DNA of 63,290 nucleotides from Chloroflexota bacterium (GCA_015222205.1 JADFUW010000027.1:1-63290); one strand, 5' to 3'. Shown: positions 1-10,212, counted from the stretch's first letter. The notes: generated by a model not told the origin, from the sequence alone. Translations and numbers: made by a program.

Positions 1-110
1 ATAAGCAAATCAGGTTTCAGGTAGCAGCGCAGCCTCTTTTCCCAGGTACCATCGGCTCTACCTCCTCCCAGATCAGACAGCAGCCGATTTGCCTTGATAA
101 ACAGGGCACT
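1..110 (-). pseudogene. istB: IS21-family IstB helper ATPase fragment, runs off the window edge
   Basis: Manual minus-strand translation gives LFIKANRLLSDLGGGRADGTWEKRLRCYLKPDLL, resembling the IstB segment before Walker B; in-frame TGA just upstream and no Walker A. Confidence 0.6.
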
Positions 111-204
111 TCACCAGAGTGACAGACAATAGCCAGTCTCTAATTGCCTTGGGTTAGTACACGATGCGGATTCATAAACATAAAAGTATCTTCACTAGTT
201 GTAG

Positions 205-1233
205 TTATCTCTGGGGCTGGATAATCACCTTGATAGAATTCTGGGCCTCGGCAACAAGCTGGAAGCCTAAGCCTGCCTCTGCCAGACCTAAGCGATGGGT
301 AATCATCTGGCGTACAGGGATAGTGCCAGCCCGAATTAGTTCTAGCGCCGTTTGGTAGTCAGCAGGGCTGCCGGCATAGGAAGTGGTGAGCGTTATATCA
401 TTACGCCAAAAGAGTTCATTTATTGAAATGGGAATAGTGATGCCAGGGTCTGTCGGCGCGAAGAAGAGAACAGTGCCCCCACGCTCCACTGACTCTAAGG
501 CTTGGACAATGGCCGATGTGGCACCGGTACTCACTATCACTAGGTCAGCTAGGCGACCTTGATTGACCTGTTGCAGGCGGGCGGACAAGTCCTCTTTAGC
601 CTGGATGGTAGCATCAGCCCCAAACCGCTCTGCTGCCTCTAGCCGATAAGGAGTTATGTCCGTGGCTATGACGTGCCCTGCACCCAGAGCACGGGCTAGC
701 TGCACGTGGAGCAGCCCAGCAATGCCACTACCGATGACGAGCACGCTACTCCCTGGCCGCATGTGTGCCTTACCTTGCCCACGCAGGATGCAAGCTAGCG
801 GCTCAATAAATGTTGCCTCTTCGTAAGATACTTCGCCAGGGAGCAGGAATACCCCGCGGTTGACATTGACGGCTGGCAAACGGACGTATTCAGCAAAGCC
901 ACCGGGGTCAAAATTCGTCTGGCGGAGCATATCGCAGACAGTGTGATGGCCGTTCAGGCAATAATGGCATGTGTTACACGGGACGTGATGAGCCGCTGAT
1001 ACCCGGTCACCCTTTCGGTAATGCTCCACTCCCTCCCCCACAGCCACAATCTGCCCACCAATCTCATGACCCAGTACCAGGGGCGCCCGGTCAAGGCGAT
1101 ACCATTCCATTACATCGCTACCACAGATACCGCAAGCCTCCACACGCACCAATAGCTCACCAAAACCTATCTCCGGGATGGGCACCTCCTCTGTCCGTAC
1201 ATCCCGGTTGTTATACCACATCGCAACACGCAT
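205..1233 (-). CDS. Zn-dependent alcohol/sugar-alcohol dehydrogenase (MDR family)
   Basis: CGICGSD, GHE, CxxCxxCx7C and GSGIAG motifs; start moved to ATG 1233 behind a GGGAG SD. Confidence 0.9.
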   Translation of the reverse strand: MRVAMWYNNRDVRTEEVPIPEIGFGELLVRVEACGICGSDVMEWYRLDRAPLVLGHEIGGQIVAVGEGVEHYRKGDRVSAAHHVPCNTCHYCLNGHHTVCDMLRQTNFDPGGFAEYVRLPAVNVNRGVFLLPGEVSYEEATFIEPLACILRGQGKAHMRPGSSVLVIGSGIAGLLHVQLARALGAGHVIATDITPYRLEAAERFGADATIQAKEDLSARLQQVNQGRLADLVIVSTGATSAIVQALESVERGGTVLFFAPTDPGITIPISINELFWRNDITLTTSYAGSPADYQTALELIRAGTIPVRQMITHRLGLAEAGLGFQLVAEAQNSIKVIIQPQR

Positions 1234-1253
1234 TGTATTTCTCCCGATGCCGG

Positions 1254-2057
1254 TCACAACTTCTTCCCTGCCTTCTCCTTTTCACTGCTGAATATCCCTT
1301 GAGCCTGTTTTGGGGTAGCGTTTTGGTGAACAAGGGCCCGGATTGCCTTAATCATTGCCACGGGGAAATCATTTTGCCAGATGTTCCTTCCCAGATTCAC
1401 TCCTATAGCGCCTTTTTGCATGCCATCGTAGACAAACTCAAACACCTCAAGCTCAGTGTCAACCTGAGGTCCACCTGCTATAATTACTGGAACAGGACAG
1501 CCCCTTACCACCCGCCCAAAGTCTTCACACCAGTAGGTTTTTACCACGCGTGCCCCCAGCTCAGCGGCGATGCGGCAGGCCAAGGCGAGGTAGCGGGTGT
1601 CTCGTTTTTCAAGCTCTTTACCCACAGCGGTAACTGCCATTACTGGTATACCATACCTTTCACCCTCATCAACAAGCTTTGACAGGTTTAATAACGACTC
1701 TTTCTCATAGTCAGTACCAACAAAGATAGATATGCCTACTGCCGAAACGTTAAGACGGATAGCCTCCTCCATAGAGGTGGTAATTCCTTCATTAGCTAGG
1801 TCTTTCCCTACCATACTGGTGCCCCCAGATACCCTCAGAATAATCGGCTTAGTGTTGCCCGGGTCTACTGATGAGCGTAACACGCCCCTAGTAATGAAGA
1901 TTGCATCTGCATAGGGCAGCAGTGGCTCAATAGTCTTACGTGGTTCTTCCAACCTTCTGGTGGGACCTTGAAAGTATCCATGGTCTACTGGTAGGAACAG
2001 AGCATGCCCGTCCGATTGGATTAATTGTGCCATACGGTTTGCCATTCCCCATTCCAT
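1254..2057 (-). CDS. lsrF: LsrF-like class I aldolase/thiolase
   Basis: DHGYFQGP, AELGARVVKTY (Schiff-base Lys), IAGGP and GRNIWQ motifs. Confidence 0.85.
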   Translation of the reverse strand: MEWGMANRMAQLIQSDGHALFLPVDHGYFQGPTRRLEEPRKTIEPLLPYADAIFITRGVLRSSVDPGNTKPIILRVSGGTSMVGKDLANEGITTSMEEAIRLNVSAVGISIFVGTDYEKESLLNLSKLVDEGERYGIPVMAVTAVGKELEKRDTRYLALACRIAAELGARVVKTYWCEDFGRVVRGCPVPVIIAGGPQVDTELEVFEFVYDGMQKGAIGVNLGRNIWQNDFPVAMIKAIRALVHQNATPKQAQGIFSSEKEKAGKKL

Positions 2058-2369
2058 GTTAGTAATCCTCCTTTTATCTGTTGCCCAGTTGCAGTGCTAA
2101 CCGGTCAATTTTTGTGCTGTCTTATTGACTCCATTTTATACTATAAGATATTAATTTGCATCTGTCGGGTTGGCAAAAGCAAGATTGCTCTCGAAGATGT
2201 CAAACTTTCTTAAAGGGTTGATGTCATTGATTTCCTTCCCCTTCTTAGTATCCTTATGCTAAAATTTGATTACACATAGCAGTGCAACTAGTTATAGTCT
2301 ATTAACCCTGTTACCTGTTATGCTGTGGTCGTGCCTTGGATTATCTCGGTAATATTGTGAAGAAAATCT

Positions 2370-3602
2370 GTGGAGGGGTATATGTCCTCTAAACCAGTCG
2401 GCTACTTGCTGGGCAACTGTAGCCTGATAGTCATGCTCGTTGGATTAATCATTGCTGCCTACAACGGCAAGGTATTAATCGTCGTCCTGCTTGGACTGAT
2501 TCTGTCGGCTGCCGGCCTGGCTAAACTGTATAGCTACCTCTCATTGGTCAGGGTTCATTGCCAGCGGTCACTAAACTGGCAGCGTGTTTTCCCGGGAGAG
2601 CGTGTTGAAGTAAACATGCGTGTTGTAAACTTTAAGCCGCTACCCCTTCCCTGGCTAAAAGTGGATAGCGAAATACCAGCCGGGCTTATTCCTGAAGCGT
2701 CCCCGGCTAGAGATGGTTTGCTCAGTAAAGTGATAGCACTTCTATGGTATGCCCGAGCTAGTTGGCAACATAAGCTAGTTTGTCCAAGACGTGGATATTA
2801 CCCTCTGGGACAAATCAGAATTACATCTGGGGACATATTTGGCCTCTATCGCCGTACCCGCTTAAAGAAAGTAAGCGACCCTATCATTGTCTACCCCCGG
2901 CTTTTTGCTATTGATAAAATGGCAATACCATCTTGGTATCCCTTAGGAGAAACCAGAGCCGCACAGCGCATCTTTCGGGATCCAACTAGGGTTATTGGAA
3001 TACGTGACTATACTCCGCACGATAGCCCCCGCTATATTCACTGGAAGGCAACCGCCATTCATCAGAAACTACAGGTGAAGGTTTTCGAGCCGACGACAAA
3101 TCCAAAATTAGCCCTGCTTCTTGACCTCGAAAGCTTCGGCTACGATGAGGTTAGTAGTGAGCGCACTGGTTCACTGTCCAGCAAAACCGACGAAGTATTT
3201 GAAACAGCTCTCAGTACCGCTGCTTCTCTGGCTAAATATTTTATCGAGCACAAAAGTGCCGTTGGCCTATTTGTTAACACCTGTCTTGCTGACTCAGGCC
3301 GACCAGTGGGTATTCCCCCGGGTAGCGGGACTGGCCATCTGGTGAGTATCCTGGAGGCTTTAGCTAAAGTTACACCACACTCCAGTGGACTTCTCGCTGA
3401 ATTAATACAGGGCGAGCAGAAACACCTACCATGGGGCACCACTCTCATCTTTATACTATCTAAACCAACCGTCTCTATATCCAGGCTGCTATCTTCTCTT
3501 AAAGAAAGGGGGCACAAGTCGGTAACTATCCCTGTGGGTGAGCATGACTGGAAAGAGGATGATGCGCTAAATCAAAGCGAAGCTGTTGGGGTAATCAGCT
3601 AA
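2370..3602 (+). CDS. DUF58 domain protein (MoxR-associated)
   Basis: RRGYYPLG, IIVYPRL and GIRDYTPHDSPRYIHWKATA motifs; N-terminal TM segments. Confidence 0.85.
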   Translation: MEGYMSSKPVGYLLGNCSLIVMLVGLIIAAYNGKVLIVVLLGLILSAAGLAKLYSYLSLVRVHCQRSLNWQRVFPGERVEVNMRVVNFKPLPLPWLKVDSEIPAGLIPEASPARDGLLSKVIALLWYARASWQHKLVCPRRGYYPLGQIRITSGDIFGLYRRTRLKKVSDPIIVYPRLFAIDKMAIPSWYPLGETRAAQRIFRDPTRVIGIRDYTPHDSPRYIHWKATAIHQKLQVKVFEPTTNPKLALLLDLESFGYDEVSSERTGSLSSKTDEVFETALSTAASLAKYFIEHKSAVGLFVNTCLADSGRPVGIPPGSGTGHLVSILEALAKVTPHSSGLLAELIQGEQKHLPWGTTLIFILSKPTVSISRLLSSLKERGHKSVTIPVGEHDWKEDDALNQSEAVGVIS

Positions 3603-3613
3603 GAGGAAATTCA

Positions 3614-5005
3614 ATGAAAGCAAGTTGGTCTCGAATGGCTCTATATATAACCATAATGGGCATGGAGTGCTGCTGGCTCTTTGCCATCCTGTCGCTGGTA
3701 AATGGACTGGTTCTACAGGGACGCTTGTCCATTATTGGTCTTCTGGCTCTCTACCCCATCGCCTTTGGCATCAATATGCTGGTCGCACGGCTCAAGTTGC
3801 CCAAGGCTTATCTTAATCTCATTAGCTGGTTGATATGGGTTGGTGCCATGCTACTGCTGGTTAAGCTTCAGATCTACGGTAGCCTGGCATTATGGGACCA
3901 GAGCTGGCTAAGGGCAATTCCTGCAGCACTAAGGCAGGCACCCTATGATTTCCAGCCCGAGGTTCTGCTGTTTATCGGTAGCATTATCGTCTGGTGGCTC
4001 AGTCAGCGGTTGGTTCATCTTAAAACTGATTTTCCCAGGCTTGTTATTGAATTCCAGTTCGGCATACCGATGCTAATTATCGCCTTTATTATCAGCTCAT
4101 ATTTTGCCGGCGTATTGGAACATGCAGTATTTATTGCGGTTGCCTTTTTCGCCTTCGCTTTATCGGGACTGTCTATTAGTCACGCTCAGCAGACAGACAG
4201 TCCTATCTGGCAGATATATCGAGGTCGCTGGTTGGGTATTCTTATTGCCGGCATTAGTCTGGTGATTGCACTGGGCATGCTCAGTGGCTCTGCAGTTAAC
4301 CCTGATTTCTTCGAGCGTATCCTCAACATAGCAAAATGGGCTTGGGGAGTTGCGGTCAGGGCGTTAATATGGGTAGCCAATTTGCTACCCACTCTTGGAG
4401 CAGAACCATCTAGTGATCTACTTGGTGGTATTGATCAAGATGTCTTCATTAAACCAAAGACATACATATTCGGCATATCCGAATCACTAAGAAGTGGTCT
4501 TAGGTTTGCTCTAGCCATTTTTTTTGCTTTTTGGTTTATTTTTGCCCTGTGGCGAATCTCAGGGCAAGTGCTCAATTGGCTGAGTCGGCGGTTAGCCAGC
4601 ATGGCGGGGGTAGAGACGGAATCACTGTCCGGGGCATTCAGGTCTGATGTGCTCCGGCTGGCAAAGTGTATTTTGGCTAGGTTCCTGGGCTTTATGGTAT
4701 TCTTACGGCGAGGACGAAAAACCAGGAACCTTCCGCCGGAGGTAGCCTCTATTCAACAGCTTTATCACCAGATGGTACGCTGGGCAGCCGCCAAGGGTTG
4801 CCCCCGCCAACCGACACAGACGGCCTACGAATACCAGGCTCATCTGGTTGACCTGCTTCCTGAATTTGGGGAGGAGTTTAACCTCATTACCGGCCAGTTC
4901 GTTAGCGCCCGCTATGGTAGCGTAGTACCCGGAAGGGATGAATTAAGCCGGCTAAGACAAAGTTGGCGAAAGATACGGCAGATACGACGGAAAAGCCTGG
5001 CTTAG
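3614..5005 (+). CDS. Polytopic membrane protein with C-terminal DUF4129
   Basis: Many TM helices; C-terminal YHQMVRW..G.PRQPTQTAYEY...FVSARYG. Confidence 0.75.
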   Translation: MKASWSRMALYITIMGMECCWLFAILSLVNGLVLQGRLSIIGLLALYPIAFGINMLVARLKLPKAYLNLISWLIWVGAMLLLVKLQIYGSLALWDQSWLRAIPAALRQAPYDFQPEVLLFIGSIIVWWLSQRLVHLKTDFPRLVIEFQFGIPMLIIAFIISSYFAGVLEHAVFIAVAFFAFALSGLSISHAQQTDSPIWQIYRGRWLGILIAGISLVIALGMLSGSAVNPDFFERILNIAKWAWGVAVRALIWVANLLPTLGAEPSSDLLGGIDQDVFIKPKTYIFGISESLRSGLRFALAIFFAFWFIFALWRISGQVLNWLSRRLASMAGVETESLSGAFRSDVLRLAKCILARFLGFMVFLRRGRKTRNLPPEVASIQQLYHQMVRWAAAKGCPRQPTQTAYEYQAHLVDLLPEFGEEFNLITGQFVSARYGSVVPGRDELSRLRQSWRKIRQIRRKSLA

Positions 5006-5044
5006 CTTAACAGCTATATCATGATACAGGAGGGATAATGTATT

Positions 5045-6007
5045 ATGGGAGACTCTAATCAGCAACTGAATCAGATAGCAACGTTCACCAATCGTTTTAT
5101 GGATAATGTGGGTAAGGTAATTGTGGGTAGGAGGGATGCCGTAGAGCTTATTCTGGTGGCGCTGCTCTGTGAAGGACATGTCTTAATTGAGGATGTCCCG
5201 GGTACCGGAAAGACAATGCTGGCTAAGACAACTGCCAAGTCAGTCAGCTGTAGTTTTCAGAGAATTCAGTGCACCCCCGACCTATTACCGTCGGATATCA
5301 CCGGGATTCATTACTTCAATCAGAAGACCGCGGAGTTTGAGTTCCGCCCTGGTCCGATAATGGCTAATATCTTGCTGGTTGATGAAATAAACCGGGCTAC
5401 GCCTCGCACTCAATCATGCCTTCTAGAATGTATGCAGGAGCAGCAGGTTACTGTTGACCTCGAAACGATACTGCTACCGCGCCCTTTCCTGCTGATTGCT
5501 ACCCAGAATCCCGTAGAACTGGAGGGGACCTTTCCGTTGCCTGAAGCCCAGCTTGACCGATTCCTGATGAAGATTACCATGGGGTATCCTGAAGAAGACG
5601 AAGAAGAAGCCATTTTGCAGCGTTTCCAACAGGAGAATCCTCTGGCAAGTCTTCCCAGTGTTATCGAAACTAAAGAACTGCTAGCATTACAAAAACTGTC
5701 CCGCCAGGTATATGTGGAAGACTCGGTACGGAGCTATCTTCTCGCTATTACTAGGGCCACTCGTGAGCATGGGAGCGTTGAGCTGGGGGCTAGCCCGAGG
5801 GCTTCGCTGAACCTCGATTTGGCTTCAAGAGCGCTGGCTGCTGTTAGGGGACGTGGCTACGTTATCCCCGATGACGTAAAGTATCTAGCTCTCCCTATCC
5901 TGGGGCATCGTTTGATTGCAAAACCCGAAGCCAGGTTACGAAAACACTCAACAGAAGCCATATTGGGAGAAGTCCTCTCTAATTTACCTGTCCCCGTCGA
6001 GGAATAG
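5045..6007 (+). CDS. moxR: MoxR family AAA+ ATPase
   Basis: EDVPGTGKT, RIQCTPDLLPSD, DEINRA and TQNPVELEGTFPLPEAQLDRF motifs. Confidence 0.95.
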   Translation: MGDSNQQLNQIATFTNRFMDNVGKVIVGRRDAVELILVALLCEGHVLIEDVPGTGKTMLAKTTAKSVSCSFQRIQCTPDLLPSDITGIHYFNQKTAEFEFRPGPIMANILLVDEINRATPRTQSCLLECMQEQQVTVDLETILLPRPFLLIATQNPVELEGTFPLPEAQLDRFLMKITMGYPEEDEEEAILQRFQQENPLASLPSVIETKELLALQKLSRQVYVEDSVRSYLLAITRATREHGSVELGASPRASLNLDLASRALAAVRGRGYVIPDDVKYLALPILGHRLIAKPEARLRKHSTEAILGEVLSNLPVPVEE

Positions 6008-6148
6008 AGGGCTGCGCATGTTCAGTTATTGTCTTGAATCAAAAGCCAATATGCGTCGTTGTTACACTCGACTCACCTATTGGTAAACAACTCCACAAAT
6101 TCCTCTCCGCTCCAAAAGGCTCATCGCTGAGCTGGTTCAGATAGATGG

Positions 6149-6169
6149 GTGACATTATAATAGTGTCAC
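6149..6169. promoter_or_regulatory. Palindromic candidate operator upstream of apbE-rnf
   Basis: GTGACA-ttataatag-TGTCAC inverted repeat enclosing TATAAT. Confidence 0.4.
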
Positions 6170-6327
6170 TAATCATATTAACGCTACAAAGACTAGAATT
6201 CTGGGAAACTTTCTGCTAAAATAACAAAAGCTATCCTTGGACTGTTTTTATAGCTTTCCTTCTCCCAAGGGTCATGTTCTTCACTTTGAGTGGTTATACA
6301 CGGCTTGAAAGGCTAAGCATAGAAAGT

Positions 6328-7335
6328 ATGAGAAAACCTTACTGGGTTATAGTGGGTGTTTTAATCCTCCTCATTGCTACGCTCGGCGCCCCTGGTTGCA
6401 TTGGCTCGTCTCTAAAGAAGTTTGAAGCGACCCGCTCGATGATGGACACCTTTGTCACCATTACTGTTTACTCCCGTGATGAAAAAGTAGCTGAAGGGGC
6501 AATAAGTGCTGCCTTTGCTCGAATGGAGGAAGTAGAGAGAGTGGCCTCAATATTTGATGAAGAAAGCGAGGCATTTCAGCTTAACCAGGATGGATATTTG
6601 GAAGCACCATCCGACGACCTTCTGGAGCTAATAACTATGTCCCTTGACTACAACCAACTTACGGATGGGTGTTTTGATATAACCGTTCAGCCACTGTTAG
6701 AACTGTGGCAGGCTGGCTTGTGGCAAGAGAGTAAGGTAATTCAGAAAATCAGGATACAAGAGACACAAGGGTGTGTCGGTTCAGATAAGATAAGCATTGA
6801 GGACAATAGAATATCCTTCAAGTTAGAGGGAATGAAAATCACCCTCGGTGGCATCGCCAAGGGCTATGCTGTCGATGAAGCATTAGAAGTCATGGGGGAG
6901 ATGGGTATTAAGCATGCTCTGGTGAACGCCGGTGGCGACATGAGTATGCTTGGCTCCAAGCCGAAAGATGAACCCTGGCTCGTTGCTTTGGTAAACCCCG
7001 ATGATACCAGCCAGAGCCTGGCTAACTTCAGTGCCTTCGATAAAGCGATAGCTACCTCAGGAAACTACGAAAGATACTTTGACCCGGATAAGGAGGCACA
7101 TCACATAATTAACCCCGAGACGGGATATTCGGCAGATGAATGCATCAGTGTTACTGTGATAGCCGACGGTGCCGCCCGGGCTGATGCTCTGGCTACCAGC
7201 GTTTTTGTGATGGGACATGAAGACGGCGTAGAGCTAATTGAATCGCTGGCTGATGCGGAGTGTCTCATCGTAGACGCCGACAGGACAAATATATATGTCT
7301 CCTCTGGGTTATCCATGTACCTGGTTGAAGATTAG
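6328..7335 (+). CDS. apbE: FAD:protein FMN transferase ApbE (lipoprotein)
   Basis: Lipobox-like APGC, LGGIAKGYAVD, ATSGNYERYF, HHIINP and ADALAT motifs; next to rnf genes. Confidence 0.92.
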   Translation: MRKPYWVIVGVLILLIATLGAPGCIGSSLKKFEATRSMMDTFVTITVYSRDEKVAEGAISAAFARMEEVERVASIFDEESEAFQLNQDGYLEAPSDDLLELITMSLDYNQLTDGCFDITVQPLLELWQAGLWQESKVIQKIRIQETQGCVGSDKISIEDNRISFKLEGMKITLGGIAKGYAVDEALEVMGEMGIKHALVNAGGDMSMLGSKPKDEPWLVALVNPDDTSQSLANFSAFDKAIATSGNYERYFDPDKEAHHIINPETGYSADECISVTVIADGAARADALATSVFVMGHEDGVELIESLADAECLIVDADRTNIYVSSGLSMYLVED

Positions 7336-7339
7336 TGGG

Positions 7340-8674
7340 GTGAACAAGTTGGTTATCAGGCTTAAAAAGAGGGGCACACCTTACGGAGTAAAGGTGCCGG
7401 AGAGCAAGCTTAGCGAGGGAAGCCCAATTGAGCCGGCACCATTACCGGAGAAGGTGATTATCCCCCTGCAACAGAATATAGGGGCTCCATGCCAGGCCCT
7501 GGTTAAAAGAGGGGATAGGGTGCTGACCGGCCAGAAGATAGGTGACTCAGAGAAGTTTGTCAGCGCACCGGTTCACGCGACACTGTCTGGTGAGGTAACT
7601 GGTACTACCGTAGTGGTTAATCCCCCCACCGGGGCACTGGTTGAGGCTTTGGTGATAACCTCTGATGGGGAAGATAAGTGGGTAGAACTCGAAGCCCCTA
7701 AGAAACCCGAGGCGCTTTCCGTAAAGGAGATTTTAGAGAGGATAAGGGAGGCCGGTTTAGTGGGGCTGGGGGGAGCTGCCTTCCCCACCCATGTTAAGCT
7801 ATCGCCACCTAAAGACAAGAAGATAGATACTGTCATTCTGAACGGCTGCGAGTGTGAGCCCTATGTAACTTCAGACCACAGGTTAATGCTAGAACAGGGG
7901 GAGAGGGTGCTCTCCGGTCTAAACATTATAAAGAAGGTACTCTCTCCTGAGGCTGTTTATGTTGCCATAGAAGATAACAAGGAAGATGCTATAGACCACA
8001 TGGAAGGGCTGATAGCGAGCCTGGGCTTTGAGGATTTCAAAATAGTTCCCCTGAAATCAAAATATCCGATGGGTGCGGAAAAGACCCTTATAGATATGAT
8101 ATTGGGCCGGGAGGTTCCTATCGGTGGGCTGCCTTTAGACGTTGGTGTGGTCGTTCACAATGTGAGCACCGCCAAGGCAATCCACGATGCTATCATTGAC
8201 GGCAAGCCGCTAATCGAGAGGGTGGTAACCGTCACCGGTGCTGTCGCGACTCCAAAGAATCTGCTAACACGGTTTGGCACTTCTCTAAGAAACCTTATAG
8301 AGTACTGTGGAGGCATGGATGGCAAAGCCAACAAGGTTATTCTCGGCGGACCAATGATGGGTATTGCCCAGTTTGACCTTGATTTTCCTGTAGTCAAGGG
8401 AACGAACAGCGTGCTGGTAACGGAAGGCACGCCAATTAGGGAGCAGGACTGTATAAGCTGTGGTAAGTGTATCGAGATCTGTCCCATGCGTCTCATGCCC
8501 ACCGTGCTGGCTAGATATGCCAAGGCTGGTAGGTACGACGAGTGCAAAGAGGCTTATATTGACGATTGTTTTGAGTGTGGGGCTTGTAGTTATACCTGTC
8601 CGGCTAACATCCCAATAGTGCAGTATATAAAAGTAGCCAAGAAAGAGCTGGCTAAGAGGGCAGCTAGCAAGTGA
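7340..8674 (+). CDS. rnfC: Rnf electron transport complex subunit C
   Basis: GLVGLGGAAFPTHVKL, NGCECEPY, GGPMMG and two CxxCxxCxxxCP motifs; start is GTG 7340 or TTG 7349. Confidence 0.95.
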   Translation: MNKLVIRLKKRGTPYGVKVPESKLSEGSPIEPAPLPEKVIIPLQQNIGAPCQALVKRGDRVLTGQKIGDSEKFVSAPVHATLSGEVTGTTVVVNPPTGALVEALVITSDGEDKWVELEAPKKPEALSVKEILERIREAGLVGLGGAAFPTHVKLSPPKDKKIDTVILNGCECEPYVTSDHRLMLEQGERVLSGLNIIKKVLSPEAVYVAIEDNKEDAIDHMEGLIASLGFEDFKIVPLKSKYPMGAEKTLIDMILGREVPIGGLPLDVGVVVHNVSTAKAIHDAIIDGKPLIERVVTVTGAVATPKNLLTRFGTSLRNLIEYCGGMDGKANKVILGGPMMGIAQFDLDFPVVKGTNSVLVTEGTPIREQDCISCGKCIEICPMRLMPTVLARYAKAGRYDECKEAYIDDCFECGACSYTCPANIPIVQYIKVAKKELAKRAASK

Positions 8675-8711
8675 CTCAAGAGGGCAGTCAGGGGTTGACC
8701 CAAGAGGGCAG
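8654..8711 (+). repeat. Three degenerate 24-bp tandem repeats across the rnfC/rnfD junction
   Basis: AAGAGGGCAG at 8654, 8678 and 8702; RnfD begins TQEGSQ twice. Confidence 0.8.
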
Positions 8712-9672
8712 CCAAGAAGCGATTCATGACAGAGGATTTCTGATTTCACCGGGCCCGCATCTCTGGAAGGGGCTCTCGGTGAGCAAGATAATGTACCTTG
8801 TGGTGCTTGCCCTCCTGTTTCCTGCCGGAGCGGGGGTCTATTTCTTCGGGTATAACGCCCTTTCGGTAATGGGTGTGAGTGTGGGCACGGCCATCCTTAC
8901 TGAGTATCTATGTAAGAGATTAAGGGGCCAGGCCTTTGTCATGGACGGGAGCGCCGTTGTTACCGGGCTTCTCCTCGCCCTAATCCTACCGCCGACAGTA
9001 TCCTTGTGGATGGTGGCAATTGGCTCTATATTTGCTATTGCCATTGTCAAAGAAGCCTTTGGTGGTTTGGGGCACAATATATTTAACCCTGCCCTCGGAG
9101 GCAGGGCTTTTATGTCAGTCAGCTTCTCAATGGAGATGACAACATGGGTATTGCCGATGGGCTTTGGTGCCGATGCTATAACCTCTGCCACTCCCCTGAG
9201 CGGGACTTCTGTCTGGCAGCCTTTCGACCCTTCTGTATATCAGGCAATGTTCCTGGGTAACATCGGCGGCTGCATAGGCGAGACCTCGGCTCTTCTTATA
9301 ATTATTGGCGGCGTTTTTCTTATAGCACGCGGTATCATAAACTGGAGAATTCCGGCAGTCTATATCGGAACGGTTGTCCTGATGGCTCTTGGCTTAGGCG
9401 AGGACCCCCTGTTTCATATTCTGGCGGGGGGGCTTATGCTGGGGGCTTTCTTTATGGCTACGGACTATGTGACCTCTCCCCTTACTAACCGGGGGAAAAT
9501 AATATTCAGCGTGGCTCTGGGAGTATTAACCGTGCTGATAAGGCGCTTCGGCGGTATGCCCGAGGGGGTTTGTTACTCCATCCTCTTCATGAATGCCATT
9601 ACCCCCCTTATTGACCGCTATACTAAAGTAAGGCCGTATGGCCTGGTAAAGAGGGCGGAAGGTGCCGGCTAA
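8671..9672 (+). CDS. rnfD: Rnf complex subunit D
   Basis: FGGLGHNIFNPA, FMN site TSATPL, GCIGETS and FFMATDYVTSP motifs. Confidence 0.95.
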   Translation: MTQEGSQGLTQEGSQEAIHDRGFLISPGPHLWKGLSVSKIMYLVVLALLFPAGAGVYFFGYNALSVMGVSVGTAILTEYLCKRLRGQAFVMDGSAVVTGLLLALILPPTVSLWMVAIGSIFAIAIVKEAFGGLGHNIFNPALGGRAFMSVSFSMEMTTWVLPMGFGADAITSATPLSGTSVWQPFDPSVYQAMFLGNIGGCIGETSALLIIIGGVFLIARGIINWRIPAVYIGTVVLMALGLGEDPLFHILAGGLMLGAFFMATDYVTSPLTNRGKIIFSVALGVLTVLIRRFGGMPEGVCYSILFMNAITPLIDRYTKVRPYGLVKRAEGAG

Positions 9673-10201
9673 AAACACTCTTAAAAATGTTTTCCCTGTA
9701 ATCCTGCTTACGGTAGTGGTGGCTGTGGCAGTCACGCTGCTTGCTTTTACCGACAGCTTTACCCGGGATAGGATTGAAGCCCAGGAGGAGCAGAAAGTAC
9801 AGAGCATGCTCTCCGAAATGTTCCCCGATATGAGCCGATATGATTTTAAGGATGATATATATACATTATATTCTGATGGAGAGAAGGTTGGCTATGCCTT
9901 TATCGCCATAGGTAAGGGATACGGGGGTGATATTAACATCCTGGTCGGGCTTGAGGATGCGGAGACAATAAAGGGTATAACCATAATCTCCCATGAAGAG
10001 ACGCCGGGGTTGGGTAGTAGAATAGCTGAGCCGTTTTTTACCGAGCAATTTACCGGTATAAATGTTGGCGATGTGGCTTTAAGCCGGGATGGCGGTCAGA
10101 TAGATGCCATAACCAGCTCCACGATAAGCTCCTCGGCAGTCGTTGATGCTGTTAGAGCTACCGCTATGGAAAAGGTTAAACTACTAGAGGGCAGTGAGTA
10201 A
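9662..10201 (+). CDS. rnfG: Rnf complex subunit G
   Basis: Single TM, GYGGDI, ETPGLG and DAITSSTISS FMN-site region. Confidence 0.92.
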   Translation: MPAKNTLKNVFPVILLTVVVAVAVTLLAFTDSFTRDRIEAQEEQKVQSMLSEMFPDMSRYDFKDDIYTLYSDGEKVGYAFIAIGKGYGGDINILVGLEDAETIKGITIISHEETPGLGSRIAEPFFTEQFTGINVGDVALSRDGGQIDAITSSTISSSAVVDAVRATAMEKVKLLEGSE

Positions 10202-10212
10202 GGAGGCTAAAG

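Noticed and set aside
2370-6007. DUF58-DUF4129-MoxR module as a novel system
   Set aside because: A widespread, known gene association with nothing unusual visible here
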